From NCBI GenBank assembly GCA_963777935.1, contig CAVZSL010000006.1:53522-117521 (forward strand): DNA of 64,000 nt. Reading direction: 5' to 3'. Of this stretch, positions 21,508 through 32,265 are shown piece after piece; the stretch's first letter is position 1, and each line of letters starts with the position of its first letter. Source of the DNA: an uncultured Chloroflexia bacterium (GTDB lineage: Bacteria; Chloroflexota; Anaerolineae; Anaerolineales; UBA4823). Under the pieces are notes generated by a model. It did no database searches and was not told the DNA's origin. It was given only the letters and a program-made list of their open reading frames with translations. Made by a program: the position numbers and the translations under genes.

Positions 21508-21636
21508 TTTTTTCTCCTGTGTCAAAGATTAAATGATAATGGTAAATATAATAAACTTCGGTTGTATATTTCAATCCTACGCCTCGAGGTCATCCCTCCT
21601 TTTCAATCATCAACAGTGTTGGTACTTAGTGAAAAC

Positions 21637-21664
21637 AAAAAAAACCAGCCTAAATTGGCCGGTT
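21637..21664 (-). terminator. Riboswitch expression-platform terminator
   Basis: AACCGGCC-AATTTA-GGCTGGTT followed by a long U-run; the 5' arm overlaps the aptamer 3' end. Confidence 0.8.
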
Positions 21665-21746
21665 TCGCAATTGGCTCCGTAACAGAGTAGCTAACTACAG
21701 CAATGCGACCAAATCCCCTGTTACATCTTCGCCGCCTGATAACTTA
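21651..21746 (-). ncRNA. c-di-GMP-II (class II) riboswitch-like aptamer
   Basis: P2 GGC/GCC; kink-turn GGCGAA.../GGA; P3 GUAACAGGG/CUCUGUUAC; pseudoknot GG-UCGCA with UGCGA-AA-CC (bulged AA as in class II); P1 UAAGUU/AAUUUA; overlapping terminator. Confidence 0.72.
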
Positions 21747-21797
21747 TGCAACAAAATTTTCAATTAATAAAGATTATATATATTACTAACTGTATAT

Positions 21798-21826
21798 ATA
21801 ATACCAACATTGTCTTATAATGTCAA
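21798..21826 (-). promoter_or_regulatory. Sigma-70 promoter for the riboswitch-MCO transcript
   Basis: TTGACA (21826-21821), 17-nt spacer, TATTAT (21803-21798). Confidence 0.7.
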
Positions 21827-22123
21827 GACTTATCTATAGTAGACCATGTTTTCTATTCAAGTTGTGAAACGATGAATGAGAATGATACAAACCAGATAAT
21901 AACAACTGTCTTCACCCAAAACAGAGCATATAAAATCGAGACAGTTCTTTTATGGTCGACTTGTACCGTATTGGATCATCGTTACTAAATAACATTTTCT
22001 ATAAATACACCAAAAATGAATAATTCGGTGATCGATTGATTACACAATTAGAGCCCATTGTTTTCTTTGGGATATATCAATTCAATTTCTAGGTAGAGTG
22101 CAAGTGATTTGATAACGCTGATG

Positions 22124-24512
22124 TCACGGTAGGTGCACAAATCTCAAATCATCGACACTCACACGATTTTCACCACTGGCAGATGGAAGCATAATCGGGT
22201 TAAGGCGCAAAGCCACAAGTCTGCCAGGAATTTCCACCATCCTGAGCGGGTATGAATAGGTGTAGGAACCACCGTCCTTCATCAATGGGATCTGCAAGAC
22301 AATGGGGTTGTCCTTTCCTTCAAAATACAGGTAAATTTCGGCTGCGCGGGCGGGAATATCCGGTGAGGCAGACATTCAAAGGAGAGCCAGCCATAATCCT
22401 CCAGGTTAATGGGATGATCCAGGGTAACAGATATATTCGGACCAGGCTGTACGTGCCAGGTATGGGCTGAGGTGTCTATCGGCTCCAATCCTTGGACCGT
22501 GGCAGTATCCAGGTTGAAAATGTAGTCAGAAGACGTTGGTTTAGGTGATTCTGGAGAAAGACCTGCGTTGATCGGTCGTACTTCTGGGTGATCAGTCAAT
22601 CGTACTTTCAGACTGCGTGATCAGGTTGATCGACCGGGAAACGATACAGGGTGGCAGGTGAACCATCCCCACCCCGAACTGCGAAGCGTAAAGCGATCTC
22701 CTGCGCCTGGTAGGGGAGCAAATCGAGCTTAAATTTCGACCATCCTTTTTCAGATCCATCCATCTTTTGTGAGAAAATCAATTTTTCAGTTTCACCTGCC
22801 TGAGCAAGGTAAACCTCAAATAAAAGCGGTCCATCTGATTCTTCCTCTTGCCCATTCTTCCTGACTTCGACGGCGGATGATAACTCAGCCTTAAGCAGGT
22901 TGTCCGGAAGCTTTATCTTCCAGATGGCTGATTGAGACGGGGTGACCCTGAGGTTTAAATGCCTGTAATCGGTGAAGGGGGCGGGTGTACCAGAAAAACT
23001 ATCGTACCATTCCACTCCCAGTTTGTTGGGGCTTTCAGGTGAGAAGACATTTCCGAGAATCATATCGCCCTGCATCGTCCATTGCTGGTGGGTGGCAAAC
23101 ACATTCAGGTGGTGGCGTTGCAAAGGCCAAGCAAAATCTGTAAGGAAGACCCGGTTGACCGTCCATTGGAAGACGGATCTTTCGCAATATGTGGGAGCCC
23201 ATTCATAGTTCCGCAAGCATGCCGCAGAGACTGGACTGCGCGAGGCCAGGTAAAACGATTTATCCCGATAAGTAAGATTGGTTTTGAGGTAAAAACCTGC
23301 CATAATCACCAAAACGCTCAGCGAGTAAATCAGGGGAATTAGCTTTTTCCAGGATAGGCTGTATGCATCCTTTTCTTCTGTCAAATTTATGGAGGCAGCC
23401 ATCAGGTAAGCTAAACCTGCCAAACCGATCCAATAGCTTATGACCATGCTGGTGTACCATGGAGCAATCATCACCCGGAAGATGGAAGTCTGCCAGGCGC
23501 TTATCAAACCAAATGCCATATATATCAGGGCGGGTGTCGCGGGGGTTAGTAACTTTCTCCTATTAATAATAACCAAGATCAATCCTAGAAGGCCAAGAAA
23601 AAGACCAATCCAACCGGCAGTTTCCCCAAGGAGTAGGAAACCAGTATTCGACCCGATCCCATTGGCAAAAGGGCGACCGATCAGGTTCACAATTAATCGC
23701 AAGTCGAGCGGGCTATGAAGGTAGGCATTGGTGCCGGGCTTGCGATTTATCAACAGGAAATATATATATGGAAAATTGATCAAAAAGGCGGAGACCAGCC
23801 ATACAATGTAGTAATAGATCCTCCTATACCCTAATAAAATTAATCCCGCAAGAAATAACAACCAAGCAGTGAGACCTGTTGCGGTTGTCCAGGAGGCGAT
23901 CAATCCACCGGCAACCATAAATATAAGAGCTAGAGGTTGCCCGCGGAACTTGACTAAACCCCAAACACTAAGTGTGAAACCAACTGCAGTCAGGCCGAGT
24001 GGCACAGCAGAAGCACCAAACTCATAGCTGCTGATTTGGGAAGTCGAAAAAATCAACATGGCGATGATTGGCAACATCAGAAAGCGAAAACCAGTAGAAT
24101 ACAGGGTTGTAAGGGACTGGTAGGTAAAAAATAATCGCAGGATGGATAAAATCGCGATGAATAACAACTCGTAATATACATTCCATCCAGTGAGAATCGC
24201 ATTGGCAAGGTATATCAAGATGGGCAACGGCTGAAAGTGAGAAACGTAAAAAACGTCCTCAAAAAAATGGATCCAGTTATAGTTCCCTATGAGGATTTTA
24301 TCGATCAGCGGAAGGAATAAAGCATAATCGTTGGAGAGGTTATTAACACCCGTGGTAACAAGAATGTGGAAAATATTGGCAATGGGCAGCAGTGTGAGCA
24401 AAGCCAAAAAACACATACTCAACCCAAAGAGCAATTTTGAATGATCTTGCTGCAATATGGGGATGGTATGAATCCTGGTGAGTATTTTCTTCCGTTGGGG
24501 TTGGTCTTCCAT
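22124..24512 (-). CDS. Polytopic membrane protein (GT-C glycosyltransferase-like) with soluble C-terminal beta-sandwich-like domains; three apparent indels (about 22634, 22600, 22376)
   Basis: About 11 TMs with an ND-Y motif after TM1; track ORFs 22608-24512, 22282-22599 and 22124-22375 join by single-base shifts; divergent from the GT2-wecD-wecE operon. Confidence 0.6.
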
Positions 24513-24634
24513 TGGGCAATTGGGTCCACAGACAGCCGATAATAGGTGAACCAGATGATTCTAGTAGATTTACCTTTGTATGTCAAATATGGTATATTAT
24601 CCATAAGCCATTCGCCAGATCACGAGGAGTGTTC

Positions 24635-25561
24635 ATGGTTTCCTCCATTTCCATAATCATCCCAGTTTATAATGGCAGCTTGACGCTCCCAGGTTTGATA
24701 TCCCAACTTGAGATTACCTTGCCCTCACTTGCAGCCAGGTATGAAGCTATCCTGGTCAATGATGGTAGCCGTGATCATAGCTGGGAGACGATTTGTAGCT
24801 TGGCTGAGCGATATTCCTGGGTGCGCGGGATCAACCTGATGAAGAACTACGGGCAGCACAATGCCTTGCTATGCGGTGTCCGCGCTGCAATTTATGATAC
24901 TCTGGTTACAATGGATGATGACCTGCAACACCCTCCAGACGAAATTCAGCGTCTATTGGATCGTCTCAATGAAGGATATGATGTAGTATACGGAACACCC
25001 AAAACCGAACGACATGGTATTTGGCGTGACACGGCTTCTCAAGTCACCAAGCTTGCCCTGCGGAGCGCGATGGGGGTGGAAACAGCCCGTAAGGTCAGCG
25101 CATTCAGGGCATTCAAGACCAATCTGCGTGATGCGTTCGCTGGATACCAGGGTCCTTATGTCTCCATCGATGTCTTGCTCACCTGGGGTACATCCAATTT
25201 CTCTTCTGTAGATGTTCGCCACGACACACGCAAGTATGGACAGTCGAATTATACTTTCCGCAAGCTGGTCGCTCATGCTTTGAACATGATGACCGGGTTT
25301 AGCATCTTACCTCTCCGTTTCGCCAGCCTTATCGGTTTCCTGTTCACACTTTTCGGGATGGTGATATTGGTATATGTGATCGGACGTTACCTCATTCAGG
25401 GGGGCAGTGTTCCTGGGTTTCCTTTCTTGGCTTCAATTATCGCCCTGTTTTCGGGAGCACAGCTCTTCGCTTTGGGTATTATCGGGGAATACCTAGCCAG
25501 GATACATTTCAGGATGATGGATAAACCAGCCTATACAGTTCGAGAACAAACGAAACTATAA
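24635..25561 (+). CDS. GT2 polyprenol-phosphate glycosyltransferase (ArnC/GtrB-like)
   Basis: SIIIPVYN, VNDGSRD, NYGQHNA, MDDDLQHPP, two C-terminal TMs and LGIIGEYLAR; GAGGAG RBS before ATG 24635. Confidence 0.92.
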   Translation: MVSSISIIIPVYNGSLTLPGLISQLEITLPSLAARYEAILVNDGSRDHSWETICSLAERYSWVRGINLMKNYGQHNALLCGVRAAIYDTLVTMDDDLQHPPDEIQRLLDRLNEGYDVVYGTPKTERHGIWRDTASQVTKLALRSAMGVETARKVSAFRAFKTNLRDAFAGYQGPYVSIDVLLTWGTSNFSSVDVRHDTRKYGQSNYTFRKLVAHALNMMTGFSILPLRFASLIGFLFTLFGMVILVYVIGRYLIQGGSVPGFPFLASIIALFSGAQLFALGIIGEYLARIHFRMMDKPAYTVREQTKL

Positions 25562-26298
25562 TGGATCCAAAACCACAGCAGATATGTCGGTTCATGGATT
25601 GGGATACGGAATTCTTTGGAATGAGAATAGCCCAGGTTACAGCTTCAACGCTATCAGATGGTGTTGCTGAGAATGCGATAGAATGGTGCCGTCAGGAGAA
25701 AATCTCCTGCCTATATTATCTTGCCCCTTGCGAAGATATCGAATCTATCCGCTTAGCTGAGATATTTGGTTTTCGCCTAGTGGATATTCGAATGACTTAC
25801 GAATTATCTACTAATTTTCCCTCAGGATTGGAGGTCTTCCCTCAAATCAGACTCGCGCAAGTGGATGATATTCCAATTTTAAAAGAGACTGCTCGACTGG
25901 TTTTCCGTAATACCCGCTTTTTTAACGATGGTAACTTTCCAGTCCATCTTTGCGAACAATTATATATGGTCTGGATCGAAAAAAGCTGCCTGGGGTATGC
26001 CCAGGCTGTTTGGGTTTCAGAAGAAACCGGTATACCAGTTGGTTTTATCAGCTGCCATATTGAGGACGAGAGAGGCGTGATCGGTTTGGTTGGAGTGCAC
26101 CCAATACATCATCACCAGGGGTTAGGACGAAAATTGGTGATGATGGCTTTGAGTTGGTTTGCCAGCCATAAGTGCCTCTCAGTAAGTGTCGTTACACAAG
26201 GAAACAATCTTGCAGCCCAAAGATTATATGAATCCTGCGGATTTTCCATCTCTTCGGTCAAACTTTGGTACCACCGTTGGTTTGAGCCGATAATATAA
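25561..26298 (+). CDS. wecD: dTDP-4-amino-4,6-dideoxygalactose acetyltransferase-like GNAT
   Basis: WDTEFFG, TRFFND, VVTQGNNLAAQRLYESCGF and WYHRW, typical of WecD/RffC; adjacent to wecE. Confidence 0.8.
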   Translation: MDPKPQQICRFMDWDTEFFGMRIAQVTASTLSDGVAENAIEWCRQEKISCLYYLAPCEDIESIRLAEIFGFRLVDIRMTYELSTNFPSGLEVFPQIRLAQVDDIPILKETARLVFRNTRFFNDGNFPVHLCEQLYMVWIEKSCLGYAQAVWVSEETGIPVGFISCHIEDERGVIGLVGVHPIHHHQGLGRKLVMMALSWFASHKCLSVSVVTQGNNLAAQRLYESCGFSISSVKLWYHRWFEPII

Positions 26299-26309
26299 GA
26301 GTGTTTTGT

Positions 26310-27449
26310 ATGAGCGGATACAACATCCCTTTTAATAAATCTGCATTGGCAGGGAGAGAATTTGACTATATCCAAGATGCAATTCAACGCGGCCAAATCT
26401 CCGGAGATGGTTATTACACAAAGAAATGCCATGCATTCTTAGAAGAGAAATTGGGAATTACAAAAGTTTTGCTGACCACTTCGTGCACCCACGCTTTAGA
26501 AATGGCGTCTCTGCTGCTCGATATCCAGCCTGGAGATGAGGTAATCATCCCATCATTTACATTCGTGTCCACAGTCAATGCATTTGTCCTGAGGGGAGCT
26601 AAACCTGTGTTTGTGGATATCCGTACCGACACACTAAACTTGGATGAGACCCAGTTGGAAGCCCTGATTAGCACAAAGACCAGAGCTATTGTGCCGGTTC
26701 ATTATGCTGGTGTGGGTTGCGAGATGGATGCTATTTTAACAGTAGCAAAACGTTTCGGGTTAAGTGTGATCGAAGATAACGCCCATGGTTTATTTGGTAC
26801 TTATAAAGACCGTTATTTGGGGACATTTGGCTCACTGGCAACCCAAAGTTTTCATGAAACCAAGAATTTCACGTGCGGCGAAGGTGGTGCTCTGCTGATC
26901 AATAATCCTCAATTTGTTGAACGGGCTGAAATCCTGCGCGAGAAAGGTACCAACCGCAGTCGTTTCTTTCGTGGACAGGTTGACAAGTACACATGGGTAG
27001 ATATTGGCTCAAGCTACCTGCCATCGGACATTCTAGCGGCATTCCTCTATGCTCAGTTTGAGCATTATTTGGATATCCAGGAAGCGCGGAGGCGGATTTG
27101 GGATTCTTACCATATCGGATTGGTTGGTTGGGCACATGCCAACCAGGTGCGTCAACCTGTAATTCCCGCCCACTGCAAGCATCCGTTCCATATGTATTAT
27201 TTGCTGCTACCTTCACTTGATACACGTCAGAGGTTAATTAATCATCTAAAAATAAAGGGGATTTTAAGCGTATTCCATTATCAACCCTTACACTTATCCC
27301 AAATGGGTCGCCAATTAGGAGGACATCCCGGTGATTGTCCGGTAACTGAAGATATCAGCGACAGATTACTACGCCTGCCATTTTACAACAGTCTCAGTGC
27401 GGACGAGCAAGCCCAGGTCATCGAAGCGATTAACGGTTTCCGTTGTTGA
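26310..27449 (+). CDS. wecE: dTDP-4-amino-4,6-dideoxygalactose transaminase
   Basis: IPFNK, LTTSCTHALE, SFHETKN..CGEGG, REKGTNRS.FFRGQVDKYTW.D.GSSYLPSD, VFHYQPLH. Confidence 0.92.
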   Translation: MSGYNIPFNKSALAGREFDYIQDAIQRGQISGDGYYTKKCHAFLEEKLGITKVLLTTSCTHALEMASLLLDIQPGDEVIIPSFTFVSTVNAFVLRGAKPVFVDIRTDTLNLDETQLEALISTKTRAIVPVHYAGVGCEMDAILTVAKRFGLSVIEDNAHGLFGTYKDRYLGTFGSLATQSFHETKNFTCGEGGALLINNPQFVERAEILREKGTNRSRFFRGQVDKYTWVDIGSSYLPSDILAAFLYAQFEHYLDIQEARRRIWDSYHIGLVGWAHANQVRQPVIPAHCKHPFHMYYLLLPSLDTRQRLINHLKIKGILSVFHYQPLHLSQMGRQLGGHPGDCPVTEDISDRLLRLPFYNSLSADEQAQVIEAINGFRC

Positions 27450-28757
27450 TGAAACACATCAGTAATAATATGTAGAGGGAGAAAAACCACGAACGAGAAC
27501 GAGTCACCTCCACATCGAAGCAGTCCGAACTGGCGATTTCATGATTGGGCTTTAATCCTGGTTATCGCCCTATTGAGCGCGGGGATGTTTACTTTAGCAT
27601 CCTACCAGGTGGGTTTCAAATATGGGCAGGATTTTCCAGCCCACATCAGCTGGGCAAAAGCACTCGCCGAGAATGGTGTAATCTATCTTCCCCACTTCAC
27701 CTACCAACAACTGGTCGTAATTTTCCGAGCGTTGCTTCCCATTGGCTCTACTGAGCTGATCAGCCATGATCTTTCTGACTGGCTCGCCATTCGATCTTAT
27801 AAGGTTGCAGGTTTATTGGTGGTTGCGATATTCTATGCATTGACAGCGGTGATCTTGTTTTGGCGATTTATGGCTACATTTCAATCTATTGGAAGTAAGG
27901 TTTCTGCAGGGTTATCGTTACTGTCAACGCTGGTGATGATGTTGGTGGCACCGATAAATCTGATTACGATAGGGGAGCATCGCCTATATCTTGGGTACAT
28001 TGGCATCAATGTTTACCATAATCCCACCGTGATTATGCTGAAACCCATGGCTATTCTGTTATTTTGGTTGCTGCTGGATCGAGCGATGGGTGTAACGAAT
28101 TGACCTCATACGATTTGGTTGGCTGCTCTAACCATCTTTTCCACCCTCACCAAGCCGAGTTTCAGCATATGCCTGCTGCCAGTGTTGTTCGTATGGATGC
28201 TCTACCGCCGGTGGAAGAAATTATCGTGCCAACATAAACCGGTAGTATTTGGTTTCATGCTGCCTGCGGTCCTTGTTCTTATTTACCAATACTGGATCGG
28301 ATTTGCGGAGTCTGGAAGCACGCGTATTATCCTGGCACCCCTCTTGGAAATGAAATACTATGCCCCGTCTTTATTGGGTTGGATGTTCCTACTCTCTTTC
28401 CTATTCCCTTTGGTTGTGCTGATTGTACAATTCCGCCGAGTTGTTCAAGATCAGTGGCTACTCTTGGCTTGGGGTGTATTCATTGTGGGGGCTGGGATGA
28501 CATATTTGCTTGCCGAAGAAGGAGGTCGTGAGTATAACCTGAACTTCTCATGGAGTGCGCAAGTCGGACTGTTTATCCTTTTCATCCAATCGGCCCTGTT
28601 CCTTATCCGTAATTGGAATTCACATGAAATAAATGACTTCCAGCCTATTCCTACCTGGCAGAAGATTCTAATAGGAATCACCTTAGGACTGCATCTCATT
28701 AGCGGGATAATCTGGTACATGGCTGAGGTGCTACAACCCCACCAGTGGTGGGGATAG
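27449..28757 (+). CDS. Polytopic membrane protein (putative GT-C glycosyltransferase), interrupted by an in-frame TGA at 28101-28103
   Basis: Track ORFs 27573-28103 and 28119-28757 are in the same frame, separated only by TGA; QDFPAH, YHNPT and KPSF motifs; the frame is open back to 27453, and a coupled ATG at 27449 would need a 1-nt correction. Confidence 0.65.
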
Positions 28758-28851
28758 TTTACTCGCTACCAGGGAAGCTCAATTTTCCGATCGCTTGACA
28801 CTTAAACATAACAGGCTGCTGAACAAGCCAAGAGATATAGTAGGTGAATAA

Positions 28852-28892
28852 AATCATAAAAGTGGAGGCAGGTGATCGAACACCTGCCTCCA
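28852..28892 (-). terminator. Terminator of the subtilase gene
   Basis: 12-bp stem TGGAGGCAGGTG/CACCTGCCTCCA with a U-rich tail on the minus strand. Confidence 0.75.
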
Positions 28893-28944
28893 TGAATCAG
28901 TGAAATTTAATTTATCAGCGCTTGATTTTATTCCGTTGCTCTGA

Positions 28945-30324
28945 TTATGGGAAAGCTAAAGCTGCATCCGCTTGCAACACGCCTGCACCGACCGGGTCAC
29001 ATACCACACCACCACAATCGGTATCCCAGGTAATCGTTGCGGGTGCTGTATTATCCCAGATATCCCTGCTGCCAGTATCGGGAAGTGGAAGCGCTGTCGA
29101 TTTCATGATGAGATCGATGTCAGCTTGCTCTAAAGTAGGATCCTTTGAGAGCAGCAAAGCTGCCACAGCAGCCACATGCGGTGTTGCCATGGATGTGCCG
29201 CCGACATAATAGAAATTCCCGGGGTTATTCCCCTTTAAACCACCCACGCCGTTCGACCACCAGGGCAGGTGCGCAAAGCCTGGATCACCAGCAAAGGGTC
29301 CACGTACCCATGAACCCGGAGCCAGAACATCCAGCTCTTGACCTGGTAACTCTCGGCTGCTGAAGTCGGAGAGGTATACATCATCTATGGATGTCTCATC
29401 AAACACATCACCCGAGCCAGCGAACATGGGTGCATCGTTATACTGTAACCACCACATGCGGTAACGGGGACCATCACCAGGGAATAACCATTCACCAGTC
29501 CAACCGATAGAGCCAGCAGAGATGACCGGAGGATAAGCGCCGGGGAAATGCATTCCAGCCTCACCTTCATTACCAGCTGCAGCAACGACAATCACCCCAT
29601 TGGCAATCGCCCGATCGATGGCAGCCTGCTCAACATCAGCCAGCTCAGGACCACCCAGGCTCATATTAATCACCATTGGCTGATAACCGGCGATCGCCAG
29701 ATCGGTGGCATAGTTAATACCTGCTGCCACCATTTCATCGGTTCCAAACACCGCCTTGGAGGATGGCAGTGGAGTAGAGCATTTCGGGGTGGCGGGTACT
29801 TGATAGTCAGCCAACACCTTCACCGGGATAATGGTCACTTCCGGGGCAATCCCGCGCACCATGATGGGTGGCAGAGCGAATCCAGCTGCAGCATCATTCG
29901 GGCTCTGATAGAAATAGCCAATGATGGTGCTGGCAACATGCGTCCCGTGGGTCGAGCCAGTGGATCCCACCCAGGAAGTCTGGTGTAGCTGTCCAACCGA
30001 CACTTCCAACCTGCAGGGATTTCCCTTGCTAACCCGAAAGCTTACCGGCTGATCAAAACCAGTGCCCAAAGCTGTGTTAACCCTATCTTCAGGGAAATAA
30101 TCGCGCCAGTTCGGCGCAAGCCCGGTATCTAGCACGGCCACATAAACGCCAGCACCGGTTTCTGTCACATTTTCAATATTGATCATGTCAGAATCCCAGG
30201 TGGCATATCCATCAACGGTTGATGGGACATCACCAAATGGATTTCCCGCTGATGCGGTGGACAGTCCGACCGTTCCAAAAAGAAATGCGACCACCAAGAT
30301 GGATCGTATCAATTTCGCTTTCAT
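28945..30324 (-). CDS. Secreted S8 family serine peptidase (subtilase)
   Basis: Signal peptide; VAVLDTG (Asp), HGTHVAS (His), AAGNEG and GTSMATPHVA (Ser). Confidence 0.93.
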   Translation of the reverse strand: MKAKLIRSILVVAFLFGTVGLSTASAGNPFGDVPSTVDGYATWDSDMINIENVTETGAGVYVAVLDTGLAPNWRDYFPEDRVNTALGTGFDQPVSFRVSKGNPCRLEVSVGQLHQTSWVGSTGSTHGTHVASTIIGYFYQSPNDAAAGFALPPIMVRGIAPEVTIIPVKVLADYQVPATPKCSTPLPSSKAVFGTDEMVAAGINYATDLAIAGYQPMVINMSLGGPELADVEQAAIDRAIANGVIVVAAAGNEGEAGMHFPGAYPPVISAGSIGWTGEWLFPGDGPRYRMWWLQYNDAPMFAGSGDVFDETSIDDVYLSDFSSRELPGQELDVLAPGSWVRGPFAGDPGFAHLPWWSNGVGGLKGNNPGNFYYVGGTSMATPHVAAVAALLLSKDPTLEQADIDLIMKSTALPLPDTGSRDIWDNTAPATITWDTDCGGVVCDPVGAGVLQADAALAFP

Positions 30325-30390
30325 ATTATTTATCTCCTCATTATATATATGAATTTTGTCGTTGGGACAATAGAAAAATACTTAGATTAT

Positions 30391-30481
30391 CACCTCCTGG
30401 TTGTTTACATTCATAAGAAATCCCCTGCGATGTTCCCTGTAATATATAAATTTACTATAACAGAATTTCAAATTATGTCAA
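30391..30481 (-). promoter_or_regulatory. Promoter and leader of the subtilase gene with ACAGGGA and orphan AGGAGGTG
   Basis: TTGACA (30481-30476), 16 nt, TGn-TATAGT (30459-30454); ACAGGGA at 30440-30434; AGGAGGTG at 30398-30391, well upstream of the true RBS. Confidence 0.6.
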
Positions 30482-30488
30482 CCGTCGC

Positions 30489-31898
30489 TCATGTTTTTAT
30501 CCGCCTGACTGCCAGCATGGTGATGTCGTCAATTTGCTTTACGGATGTCGAATAGTCTGCAATTTGATCCAGAATCTTTTCCAGCATTACTGATAATTGC
30601 TCGGTCCCAACCAATAATGGGATTAATTCGCTATCGCTGAAGGATTCACCGATGGAGTTTATCGTATCGGTTAAACCATCCGTATGGGCAAATAAGATAT
30701 CACCCTTCTCAAATTCCACCTCGCTAACCGAATATTCTGAACCAGGTGCCAAACCAACTGCCGGGCCAGTGACCTGTAATATTTGTTTGATCCCTTGATG
30801 ATCTATCATCCTTGGAGGCGGATGGCCACCATTGACATAGGTTAATTTCCCGGTTTGAGGGTCAAGGATACCAAAAAAGATGGAGCAGAACATACTCGTA
30901 TTACCATGCGTTTTAACAACATAATTATTGGTGAGAGACATTGCGTTCTTTAGCCGCATCTCCATGGATAGCTTACCTGCATACTCGGCATTGGTAAAGA
31001 AATCAATATTCGATACTGCTCGGATCAGGCTCCGGAATAATGTCATGAATAAAGCTGCCCCCAAACCTTTATCGCACACATCCGCGATCACCAGACCGAT
31101 TTGACCCTGTGCTAATTCAAAGACATCATAAAAATCACCTGATACTTCCCTAGCAGATTTGAGTGATGCCGCAATTTCCCATCCCTCTGGTTGGGGCAAG
31201 CTATCGGGAAGAAAACTGGCTTGTATCTCTCTTCCAATCTCAAACTCACGCTCAAGCGCTTTTCTATAGAGCTCCTCCTTTTCCCACAGGCGCGCATTTT
31301 CAAGCGCAACGCTCATGGAGGCAGCCAGGGTCTGCAGCAGGCGGACGTGTGATTCGTCAAAGGCATTTTCGCGATCGACATGTTGTAGACTCAGGATTCC
31401 TGTCACTTGATCACCAACCATCATGGGCACTCCCAACCAGGACTTAGGCGTGATTGTGCCAGGGATGGTAGGCTGCCCAAGGCGTGCCGCCAATTCGGGT
31501 ACGTTCTGATTTACCAACACTGGTTGCCTGGTCTGTACGATTTGCGTGCGGAAACCACGGATGGGGTGGCGTCCGGGAGCGATGATGTGCTCACCGCGTT
31601 CGATGGCGTAACGATGCTCGATGGTTTCATCCTGCGGGTCATAAGTTGAGATCATCACCACCTGAGAATCAAATATATCGCGGATTTTATCGCCCACCAG
31701 GTTGTATATTGACTGTACATCGAGACGCGAAGCCAGTGCGAGCTGTACACTGTTGATGATCGCCAGTTCCGCATCACGCTCTGCAAGAATTTGTGACAAG
31801 GTTCTTTTCTTTGATGAAGATGTATGCTTAATCATTGGTACACTATTTTTTCGCTCCGGAACTATGCCCATTGGACATCGAATAGATATTAAAACCAT
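30489..31898 (-). CDS. GAF domain + PP2C/SpoIIE (RsbU-like) phosphatase
   Basis: GAF: SWLGVPM...ILSLQ...NAFDESHVRLLQTLA; PP2C: VSGDFYD, IADVCDKG, NGGHPP, TDGLTD, DDITML; start codon uncertain. Confidence 0.9.
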   Translation of the reverse strand: MVLISIRCPMGIVPERKNSVPMIKHTSSSKKRTLSQILAERDAELAIINSVQLALASRLDVQSIYNLVGDKIRDIFDSQVVMISTYDPQDETIEHRYAIERGEHIIAPGRHPIRGFRTQIVQTRQPVLVNQNVPELAARLGQPTIPGTITPKSWLGVPMMVGDQVTGILSLQHVDRENAFDESHVRLLQTLAASMSVALENARLWEKEELYRKALEREFEIGREIQASFLPDSLPQPEGWEIAASLKSAREVSGDFYDVFELAQGQIGLVIADVCDKGLGAALFMTLFRSLIRAVSNIDFFTNAEYAGKLSMEMRLKNAMSLTNNYVVKTHGNTSMFCSIFFGILDPQTGKLTYVNGGHPPPRMIDHQGIKQILQVTGPAVGLAPGSEYSVSEVEFEKGDILFAHTDGLTDTINSIGESFSDSELIPLLVGTEQLSVMLEKILDQIADYSTSVKQIDDITMLAVRRIKT

Positions 31899-32265
31899 TT
31901 AAAATACTTATAGCACCGCCAACAGGAAATTTGGAATATCCAAGTTGGAAGGTTAGCTGAACCATCAAGACTTCAAACACATCGGAGATTCTTGGGAGTG
32001 GAAGCCATAATTCCCAATTATATAATCAACAAGCATAAGTGGGTCAGTTAAACAATAATGATTTTTCAATTCTTCTAGATTTTTTGTAAGCGAAATTACC
32101 TAACACCTGTAAACCGGATGATTACGATATAATGAGTATCTCAGACGCTTATTTTTTTACATATCACGACCAAATAATTTGTTGTTAAAATCCAAAACCA
32201 GACATTTGACAGGTTTTTGATACTTTCAAGTTAATCCATTTTTATTCTAATATCAGGAGGAACAT

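Noticed and set aside
21522-21593. 23-aa uORF MTSRRRIEIY... between the riboswitch and the MCO gene
   Set aside because: The SD-like AGGAGG is only 1 nt from the ATG, too close for normal initiation
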